A stretch of 64,000 nucleotides of DNA from Eledone cirrhosa (Eukaryota), in the NCBI GenBank assembly GCA_964016885.1, contig OZ024744.1, forward strand, positions 89,404,001-89,468,000. The letters run 5' to 3'. Below the pieces are notes generated by a model. That model was not told the DNA's origin and searched no databases. It saw only the letters and a program-made list of their open reading frames with translations. A program made the translations under genes and the position numbers. Below are positions 53,479 through 64,000 of this stretch, piece by piece (positions within the stretch are counted from its first letter, which is position 1; the number at the start of each line of letters is the position of its first letter).

Positions 53479-53823
53479 GGAGGTGAGTTTTATTGTAGCA
53501 CAATAAAGCAACGTTATCTTACAACGGTTTTTTTTATTTCTCTCTGAGACAGTGTTTCTCAGTATTAAAGGTTATCTCTCTCTCTCTCTCACTAATTTTC
53601 TCCTCCTCTCTCATCCTTCCTTCTTATACTCCTCCTCCGTCATCCTTTCCTTATTATTATATATTTTTTCTTATTATATTCTTTCTTCCTCTTCCTTACC
53701 TTTTCCTTCCCCCCTCCCTTTCCTTTTTTCCAATCTTATATATACATCTTATTTTATTTTTCATATGTTGATTTAACACTTCACTGCTCGCAAGTGATTT
53801 TTAAGCTTCATATCATGTCTCCC

Positions 53824-53894
53824 TATTTTATCTGATAAGAACGCAAATATCATCCCATGATGATATTTGTTTTTGAAATGCGCATAATAAAATA
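53824..53894 (+). ncRNA. Hammerhead with altered core
   Basis: TATTTTAT CTGATAAga acgCAAATATCA...TGATATTTG ttttt GAA ATGCGCAT A ATAAAATA. Confidence 0.65.
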
Positions 53895-53929
53895 CATGGA
53901 ACTCTTTTAACCATCTTTTGATTTTATAT

Positions 53930-54039
<110 letters not shown>

Positions 54040-54447
54040 CATATATCTATCATATGTATGTATGTATGTATGTATATTTATATTATGTATATAAGAGGCA
54101 AACAGAGTGAGGTTGAGAGAGAGAAAATGATGAAAAATGCGGCGGGGAAAAAGATGTCACTTACTTAATATCATTACGTCCGTCAGTCTATTTCCTTAAC
54201 TGTTTGTTCTGTATTGGACTGCGGCAGCTAGGCGTGTAACATGACCGTTTTGTGAGGACAATGGTGACCAGTGGTTAACAACAGACAGCATCGTGAAACT
54301 TCTGACTTTCCCAAAGTATTATTTTACAAATCGATATGCTAAAATTTGATTCTCATATGTGGGCCGTTATAAATAAATAAATAGGACTAAAGAAAGGAAT
54401 TATAGTGTAACATGTATAAATAAACGAATTAATAATTTAATAAATAA

Positions 54448-54543
<96 letters not shown>

Positions 54544-54617
54544 CGTTAAAACTCTTTTCTTACTATATTAAGCGTTAATCTAATATATATATATATACAG
54601 TCTGTGTGCGTGTATAC

Positions 54618-54729
<112 letters not shown>

Positions 54730-54733
54730 GTTG

Positions 54734-54772
<39 letters not shown>

Positions 54773-54777
54773 TGGAG

Positions 54778-54964
<187 letters not shown>

Positions 54965-55820
54965 CGTACATACGTACATACAGGGCACTCAAATGAAGTC
55001 AACACGGAAAATGATCTCCCTATTGGATTCAGAACGTCTGTGTTTGCATCCACCAACGAAGGAGAAGAAGAATTATCTCACCGCATATATTATTAGGACT
55101 GACTAAGAAGAAACCTTAACCCCAGTCGGTTTGTTTGTTAGGCATTTTATTTTTTTCTATTTTTGTTTGTTGTTTGGGGGGATTTTTTGTTTGTTTCTTG
55201 TTGCTGTTTTATTTTTGTTTTATGGAGGTTTTTTTGGTTGTTGTTGTTTTGTTTTTTTTGGTTGTTATTGGTACTGATTTAGATTTGGCGTTGTAAGTGA
55301 GACATTTTTATGTTGCAGCGACATTTACGGATATAGATTTTTAACCAACACTATTAATGAGCAAGTAAATAGACTATATAACAAAGGCGAGACATACACA
55401 GTTTTTTTAACAGAGTTTATCGTGTATTGTGATGAACGCTAGTAAACTTATTGCGGAAGACACCCCTAAGATGTTTTATCCATGTCACTATTTTAAATTC
55501 CCAAATCAGTGAATGTTTTTCACACAAAACTTTTATTCTCTAAGTCATTCTTATATCTCATAAATACGAATAAAACTATAGTTCGCTTGGGAGGCTTAAT
55601 GAGGCAGAAACATATCGAGAGTTGTCGCCCGTATTAACAAAAAACAATCAGATTTTCGCTTTCACTAGATCGCCCTATTCATCATTTTGTTAATTTGAAA
55701 TTAAAACTTGTTTCCTTTGTATTTGTTGGCAATAATTAATCCGTTGAAGCTATTGAGTTGCTGCTACATTACGAGTTTATTTTAATTAATTTAAAATATT
55801 GTTGGTTCACAACATTAAGT

Positions 55821-56021
55821 ACAAGACTCGGCTGGAAAGTTCATAGGCTGCCAAGATACTCTCATGGAATAACTAAATGAGGTCTATTTTTCAACATAGT
55901 CCCTGGAAAAAAAACAATGCAGTTTTTAATAAGAAGAGTTGAAATTAATGCATGCAAGATTTCACAGCTCTAGCGCTACTCCTTCATAGTGATCCTATGA
56001 ACTTTTCAGCCTTTCCTCATA
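55821..56021. mobile_element. Mariner-type MITE
   Basis: ggctggaaagttcatagg / cctatgaacttttcagcc inverted repeats near TA-bounded ends. Confidence 0.65.
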
Positions 56022-56099
56022 TTTTAGTCCACATTTAACTATTCTCGGTTCTCGAATAATCGTAACCCCCCCCCCCCCCCAACATTATATCAGAATGCA

Positions 56100-56505
56100 A
56101 AGGGCCGTAACTCTATGCCGCGACGCAGGGTGTCCGACCCTCTATCCATTCTGCCAGGTTTCTGATTTAGGCACAAGGCCAACAATTTCGGGGGGAAAGG
56201 GAAAATCGATTAAATCGACCCCAGTATATTGCTAGTTCTTCATTTATCGACCTGTAAGGATGAAAGGCAAAGCAAACCACGGCGGGATTTGAACTCTGAA
56301 CATAAAGGGACGTAACTCTATAATAACTCGAGATACTGTAGAGACTCCCTTGTTCACTCGTTTAAGGACTTACTAAATTTATGGAAGGCGGTGAATTGGC
56401 AGAGTTGTTAGAGCATCGGATAGAATATTTTGCGATATTCATTTCTGTCAACTTTGCCTTTCATCCATTCGAGGTCGATAAAGAAAGTACTAGTCAAGTA
56501 CTGAT
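56100..56505. mobile_element. Family-A and related SINE fragments
   Basis: 56100-56320 on minus; 56387-56505 on plus (ggcggtgaattggcaga...ctttgcctttcatcc). Confidence 0.75.
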
Positions 56506-56631
56506 GTCGGTTATACCTCTATATCCCTTTCTCACTTCCATTCTCCCACTCTCTCTATTCTTCTGTGAAAGAAATATTCTGTGTTCAAATCTGGAGAGTG
56601 ATGGGCGCCACAAGTAATATTTTTTAAATAC

Positions 56632-57637
56632 TCTAGAAACACCTTATGCCAAGACGGTGCCTCTGCGGCTCCCTCCGTCTAGAAACACCTTATGCCAAGA
56701 CGGTGCCTCTACGGCTCCCTCCGTCTAGAAACACCTTATGCCAAGACGGTGCCTCTGCGGCTCCCTCCGTCTAGAAACACCTTATGCCATACGGTGCCTC
56801 TACGGCTCCCTCCGTCTAGAAACACCTTATGCCATACGGTGCCTCTACGGCTCCCTCCGTCTAGAAACACCTTATGCCAAGACGGTGCCTCTACGGCTCC
56901 CTCCGTCTAGAAACACCTTATGCCAAGACGGTGCCTCTGCGGCTCCCTCCGTCTAGAAACACCTTATGCCAAGACGGTGCCTCTGCGGCTCCCTCCGTCT
57001 AGAAACACCTTATGCCAAGACGGTGCCTCTGCGGCTCCCTCCGTCTAGAAACACCTTATGCCAAGACGGTGCCTCTACGGCTCCCTCCGTCTAGAAACAC
57101 CTTATGCCAAGACGGTGCCTCTACGGCTCCCTCCGTCTAGAAACACCTTATGCCATACGGTGCCTCTACGGCTCCCTCCGTCTAGAAACACCTTATGCCA
57201 TACGGTGCCTCTACGGCTCCCTCCGTCTAGAAACACCTTATGCCAAGACGGTGCCTCTACGGCTCCCTCCGTCTAGAAACACCTTATGCCAAGACGGTGC
57301 CTCTACGGCTCCCTCCGTCTAGAAACACCTTATGCCATACGGTGCCTCTACGGCTCCCTCCGTCTAGAAACACCTTATGCCAAGACGGTGCCTCTACGGC
57401 TCCCTCCGTCTAGAAACACCTTATGCCAAGACGGTGCCTCTACGGCTCCCTCCGTCTAGAAACACCTTATGCCATACGGTGCCTCTACGGCTCCCTCCGT
57501 CTAGAAACACCTTATGCCAAGACGGTGCCTCTACGGCTGCCTCCGTCTAGAAACACCTTATGCCAAGACGGTGCCTCTACGGCTCCCTCCGTCTAGAAAC
57601 ACCTTATGCCAAGACGGTGCCTCTGCGGCTCCCTCCG
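56632..57637 (+). repeat. 46/45-bp satellite, about 22 copies
   Basis: Unit tctagaaacaccttatgcca(ag/t)acggtgcctct(a/g)cggctccctccg. Confidence 0.98.
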
Positions 57638-57749
57638 GAGTTACGGTAGCAGGCATGCATGCATATGGAAACATTTGTAGAAGTGAATACGTTCTTTGAA
57701 GTCAACAGGCGATAGAAGATAATTTAATTACAAAGTTTCAAAAATAAAT

Positions 57750-57925
57750 AATTGTTTCTACTTTTGGCACAAGGCCAGAAATAAGTCAATTGCATTACTG
57801 GTACTTTATTTTATCGACCCCGTTATCCCGTAAGGGCGAAAGGCAAAGTTAACCTCGGCAGGATTTTAACTCAGAAGGTAAAGGTCCATAACGCTATGGT
57901 GTAAAGCAGGGTGTCCGACGCTCTA
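57750..57925 (-). mobile_element. Family-A SINE (another fragment at 58228-58313)
   Basis: Reverse-complement match to family A. Confidence 0.85.
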
Positions 57926-58123
57926 GTGTGTATATATGTATATATAGTGTGTGTATATATATATATATATATAAACCGTTGTTTTTTCAATTTTTTCGGA
58001 CATTCATTTGCATACTCACACATTAATTACCCTCAATAAAAAAAATGTTCCATTATCCAGCGAACCTCCAACCGTCAAGGTTGTTCTTCTGCGGGTACGT
58101 CAACATTTATAAAACAAATTTTG

Positions 58124-58188
58124 TATTTTATCTGATGAAAGCGCACCAAAATTGCCTTGGTTGCCCTTGAAATATATATAATAAAATA
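58124..58188 (+). ncRNA. Type I hammerhead ribozyme
   Basis: TATTTTAT CTGATGA AAGcGCACCAA aattgcc TTGGTtGCcCTT GAA ATATATAT A ATAAAATA. Confidence 0.82.
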
Positions 58189-58314
58189 ATTATGGTATTA
58201 TAAATATAGTTTCCATTTATTAATATAATTGTTTCTATATTAGGCACAAGACCAGCAATTACCCAGTACATTACTGGTACTTTATTTTATCGACCCCGTA
58301 AGGATGAAAGGCAA

Positions 58315-58436
58315 TAGTGTGTAACGTTTTTCGATATATTTACTTCTGCGTTCACAGATCGATTTTTTTAGTTTCAGAAGATCCCGTTAAGGGTGAAAGC
58401 AGCGATTCTTTGTTTAACTTTAATCTGTTATTTTAA

Positions 58437-58498
<62 letters not shown>

Positions 58499-59643
58499 TA
58501 TTCGTGTACAGATATTTTGGCATACACAATAACAAAATATAAACAAAAGTATTTATTTCGCGATAATGTATTGATTTTCTTTGCACGGAAAAGAACCCTG
58601 GTAATCTACGACGAATTTTTTTTATAAGCACAAAATGTAGACACCATCCCGAGGGATCCCGTACTTCTCTGTACTGTTTCAGAAAGGAGGGATAAGCATG
58701 CCAATCTATGTTTAGAATCCCGAGCAACGCCGGGCCATTCTGCTAGTATAATATAATATAATATAATATAATATAATATAATATAATATAATATAATATA
58801 ATATAATATATATATCTAAAACAGAGCATGTCTGTCTGTCTGTCTGACTCCCTAAAACTCGAGAACCACCCAACCGATTGATTTCAAACTTTACACGTAA
58901 TACTTATGGTCCTGTGAGTGTTTTGAGCAAAAAGTATTTCAAATTTTCAATGCCCTAGGGACCGCATATAATTCTTAGTCTGTCTTTTTAGATAGATACA
59001 TAGCTACAACGTCGCGCCCTTATAATATCTGTCTGTATGTCTAGCTGTCTGCATTACGACATTATGACACTATCTGTGTGTGTATATATAGTATGTGTGT
59101 ATATATATAGTGTGTAATGTTTTTCGAAATATTTTCTTCTGCGTTCACAGATTGATTTTTTTAGTTTCAGAAGATCCCGTTAAGGGTGAAAGCAGCGATT
59201 CTTTGCTTAAACTTTAATCTGTTATTTTAATATATATACATATATATATATAATTATATATTCGTGTACAGATATTTTTGTATACACAATAACAAAATAT
59301 AAACAAACGTATTTATTTCACGAGGGTCGATAAGGATAAATATATATCAATAGAGCAAATACATTGCTGACGAGGCAGAAGGGGGATATAGACGAATGGC
59401 TGAAGAAGGACGAGATTGTGTTAGTAGTACGAACAACAGAGGCAAAAACAACAACAACAAAGAGAGGGAACGCAATTACACGCCTTTGAAAAATCTTAAT
59501 GGAAAATTATTTACCTATTCACCCAAGGCGACTTCACTTTTTATTAGGACTTCTGCATCAATTGGTGAAGATACGACGAAACTGTTTCACAAAAATACCA
59601 ATCTATGTTTAGAATCCCGAGCAACGCCGGGCCATTCTGCTAG
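58315..59643 (+). mobile_element. Two tandem non-autonomous Helitron copies (58315-58746 partial; about 58810-59643)
   Basis: Both end CCCGagcaacgcCGGG ccattctg CTAG|T; 58315-58560 is similar to 59108-59320; 5' region has (GTCT)n and aactcgagaacc..aaccgatt. Confidence 0.85.
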
Positions 59644-59879
59644 TATAATATAATATGCCACACACAAAAAATACAAAAGCAAATAGTGTTATTAGGTTCA
59701 TGCTTTGGCTAAAAGAGATAAAAGTTTATCGTATCGGATGTTAGTCTTTCGTCATGTGAGTTCAAGTAGATAGATTGGGAAATAAAACAGACAAAGGGGG
59801 GGGGGGGGGCATGTAAGTGTATGAATGTGTAGTTTTTGATTTTTGTGTGTATCGCCGTATATATTGGTAGAATGATATA

Positions 59880-59964
<85 letters not shown>

Positions 59965-60513
59965 GTCGTAACCTAGTGGTTCAACAAACGGAGATCGGTA
60001 AAGTATAGACCAGATATGGAGGGAAAATATGATGCGGCTAAAATTCTTGCACGTGATGCTCCAGTATGGCCGTAGTCTAATGACAAAAACAAGTAAATAA
60101 ATAATATTGGAATGGAACCTCTTTTGATTGTTTTAGTTGTTCGCTCAGCGAAACAGCTTGCTCATGAAATAAATGCGTAAGTGGCCGCGCATCTCACCGA
60201 TACTTGTAAACTTAACGTAAATCTCTGGGTGATTCGGCGTGACACACTACGTGACAAGACAATGCCACTTAATTAATTACAGGTAGAGTCCATCAGAAGA
60301 TGCGTAGCTTTGTAGTTAGGGTATACGGCTAACCATCCTAAGGTCGTGAGTTCGATTCTCGCCGACGCGTTTTGTCCTTGAGTAAGACGCTTTATTTCAT
60401 GTTACTATGGTACCCTCCTCTGGCGAAAATGAATTGTACCTGTAATTCGAAGGGTCAGCCTTGTCACATTCTGCGTCATACTGAATCTCTCTGAGAACTA
60501 ATTTAAAGGTATA

Positions 60514-61348
60514 CCACCACCACCACCACCACCACTACCACCACCACTACCACCACCACCACTACCACCACCACACCAGCACTACCACCACCACCAACAA
60601 CAACACTACCACCACTACCATCACCATCACCACCGCTACCACCACTACCACCACGACACCACCACTACCACCGCCACCACTACCACCACCATTACCATCA
60701 CGACTACCATCACCACTACGACCACCACCACCGCCACCACTACCACCACCACCACCACCACCGCCACCACTACCATCACCCCACCACCACTACCACCACC
60801 ACCACCACCACCACACTACCCCACTACCACCAACACTACCACCACCACCAACACCACACCACCACCATCACACTACCCCACTACCACCACCACTACCACC
60901 ACCACCACCACCCCATCACTACCACTACCACCCCATCACTACCACCACTACCACCACCACCCTATCACCACCACCACCACGACCACTACCACCACCACCA
61001 CCACTACCTCATCACTACCACCACTACCCCATCACTACCACCACCACCATCCTATCACCATCACCACCACCATCATCACCACCACCACCACTACCACCAC
61101 CACCACACCATCGCCACCACCACCACCACCACCACCACTACCACCACCACTACCACTACCACCACCACCACCACCACTACCACCACCACCACCACCATCA
61201 CCACCACTACCACCACCACCACCACAACCACCACAACCAACACCACCTCTACCACTACCACCACCACTACGACCACTACCACCACCACCACCACCACCAC
61301 CACTACCACCACCACCACCATCACCACCACTACCACCACCACCATACC
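60514..61348. repeat. (CCA/CTA)n imperfect trinucleotide tract
   Basis: Direct inspection. Confidence 0.95.
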
Positions 61349-62484
61349 AAAGTCTCGTCCGCCAGTTTTGTTCTGAATGATTAATATTTGTAAGCATCTA
61401 TATTCTTCAAGACTAAATGACGTCAGACAGGGGAGGAAATTAATAAAGGACTTAACTGATTCAATAATTTTTTCTTCTTCTTTTTCTTCTACAATTTTCT
61501 TCCTTTTTTTTCTTTCTTTTTCTTTTATCAATTCATTTCTTCATTTCTGATTTCCTCTCTCTATATTTTTTTTTTTATAATTTAAAAAAAATTACTTCGT
61601 TTTATTTTTTTTTGTATGTAGTTTTTTTTTTTTTTTACTAATTTAAAAAAATTTTTTTTACTAATTTAAAAAATTTTTTTTACTAATTTAAAAAAATGTT
61701 TTTACTGATTTCTTTTGATTTTTTACTAATTTTTTTTTTGTTTGGTTTTGTTATCTTTGTACATCTTTTTTTTCATTCAGCTTTCGTTTCTCATTAGATA
61801 TTTCTATCAAATTATTTTATTTTCAGTTTTTTAAGAATATATATATATTTTTTTTTATTTTCTCCCATTTTCTCCCTTTCTCTACATTTCTCATCCTTTC
61901 TGTCGTTTTTTTGTTATCCCCCTCTCTCTTTCTCTTCTCTCTCTCTCTGTGTCTCTCTCTCTCTCTCTCTCTCCCATTTTCTCCCTTCTCTACATTTCTC
62001 ATCCTTTCTGTCGTTTTTTGTTATCCCCCTCTCTTTTTCTCTTCTCTCTTTTTCTCTCTTTCTCTCTTTCTCGCTCTCTGTCTCTCTCGGTTTTCTCCCC
62101 CTCCCTCTCTCTCTTTCTCTAACTCATTATTAGCAATTTTTCTTCACTGCCTCTATCTCACTCCCTCTTTCGCCCCCCTCTCTCTCTCTTTCTCTCACTC
62201 TCACTCCTTCTCTCTGTTTTTCCCTCTCCCTCTCTCTTTACTCACTACACAGGTACACACAGTCACATAAATACACACATACACACACACACAGATATAC
62301 ACATATATATACACATATACACACGCACATGTCTCACACATTTTATTTATTTTATTTTATTATATATTTTTGTTACTATCTTTGTTCCTTTTGATGCAGC
62401 GTTTGTGACAACATAGCCAGATAGGAACGATGTCGGATTTAGCTGAACAAACAAGTCGCCATATTTAAAACCATTGACTCTGTG

Positions 62485-62773
62485 AGAGAGAGGAGGCGGA
62501 GAGAGAGAGCGTGAGAGAGAGGAAGAGAGAGGGGAGAACAGGGAGAGAGAGTTGAGTTAGAGAGAGAGAGGGAGGGAGAGGGGTGAGAGAGAGAGAGTGG
62601 AATGTGAGAGAGAGTAGAGTTAGAGAGAGAGAGAGGGGCGAGAGAAGGAGAGAGAGTGAGAGAAAGAGAGAGAGAGAGAGAGAGAGGGGGTGACATAGAG
62701 GGGGAGAAAGAGAAAGAGAGTTTGTGTGCGTGAGAGAGAGAGGGAGTGAAAGAGAGGGGCGTGAGAGATAGTT

Positions 62774-62809
<36 letters not shown>

Positions 62810-62985
62810 GGGAGTGAAAGAAAGAGAGTGTGTATGTGAGTGAGTGCCTGTGTGAGAGAGAGGTAGAAAGTGAGTTTGTGTGTGAGCCTGGTTGTGTTTG
62901 TGAGAGAGAGAGAGAGGGGGGGCAGAGAGAGAGAGAGACAGACAGAGAGAGGTGGAGAGAGGGGGAGAGGGGAGAGTATGTGTGC

Positions 62986-63017
<32 letters not shown>

Positions 63018-63058
63018 TGGAGTGAAGGAGAGAGGGGGAGAGGGGAGAGTATGTATGC

Positions 63059-63092
<34 letters not shown>
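62485..63092. repeat. GA-rich low-complexity tract; a CT-rich tract lies at 61860-62245
   Basis: Direct inspection. Confidence 0.9.
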
Positions 63093-63093
<1 letters not shown>

Positions 63094-63679
63094 GAACAGG
63101 CGTCTAATTCTGGAAATCTACCTGCAATGTAATTGGCCAATACTCAAGAGTCAAACTTTTCTTCAAAGAACAGACATGATGTTTCACAGAATATACACTA
63201 CAATGAGACAAGGCTGATGTCATTTTGTTTGTTTTGGTTTTTTTCAATCTATATATAAATTTCTGCGATTCTGTCACAACACGTAAAGAGAGAGAGGAGT
63301 TGTTTGACTACCTCATACTACTCCTCTCTCTTTACGTCTTACATCTGCTATCTGCATGAATGCATGTGTGTGTGTGTGTAAAAGGAAGGCAGTGGGTGGT
63401 GAATGTGTAAATATATGTCTGTTAGCGCGTATTTTTGTAAGTGTGTCTGTGTTTGCACGTTTATATTTATAAACTCTTACATATAAATGTCTGCATATGC
63501 ACATACATAAATACACACACATATACACATACGCGTCTGCGTATGGAAAAAAAAATTCTAGTATATAATATAACAACGAAAAATATGTTGCAGGCAAATC
63601 ATCTGGTAGTGTCAATCAACCATGCTGAATGAGGTAAGAAAGTGACTGACTGACATAGAAAAGAAAAGAGCTAAACAGT

Positions 63680-63864
63680 ATAATTGTTTATACTTTTGGC
63701 ACAAGGCCAACAATTATCCACTACATTACTGGTACTTTATTTTATCGCCACCGTATGGATGAAAGCCAAAGTTAACCTCTGCAGGATTTGAACTCAGACC
63801 AAAAAGGGCCGTAACTCTTTGCTGCAAAGCATGGCGTCAGACCCTCTACCGATACTGCCAATCA
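63680..63864 (-). mobile_element. Family-A SINE
   Basis: Reverse-complement match to family A. Confidence 0.88.
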
Positions 63865-64000
63865 ATAAAGATAGGTTATAGGTGGCTGGGTGGTTGGATT
63901 CGGGCTCGGGTTTGAGGAAAAAAAAAAAATAATAAACAGTATGATGGAGATAGGTTATAGGTGGCTGGATGGTCGGATTCGGGCTCCGAAATGGGGAAAA

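Overview
Repeat-saturated, AT-rich animal DNA. The SINE families and microsatellite density suggest an octopus/cephalopod genome (inferred, not searched). No host protein-coding gene can be supported, and most listed ORFs are microsatellite or satellite artefacts. Retroelements: a frameshifted Tx1/L1-clade LINE inside (GATA)n, a second rearranged Tx1 fragment, a 5'-truncated R4/Dong-type RLE LINE inside (CATA)n, an RTE 3' end and more than 20 tRNA-derived SINE copies. DNA transposons: two maT (DD37D-type) Tc1/mariner elements, non-autonomous Helitrons, MITEs and a hAT relic. There are also six large tandem arrays. The main signal the ORF track does not show is about 20 complete, degenerate or half type-I hammerhead ribozymes (CTGANGA...GAAA-palindrome-H) from many unrelated families. 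They sit in short direct/inverted-repeat cassettes, mostly among (TA)n tracts, typical of Penelope-like element pseudo-LTRs or retrozymes; one lies next to a GIY-YIG endonuclease remnant. All calls were read by eye and coordinates may be off by a few bases.
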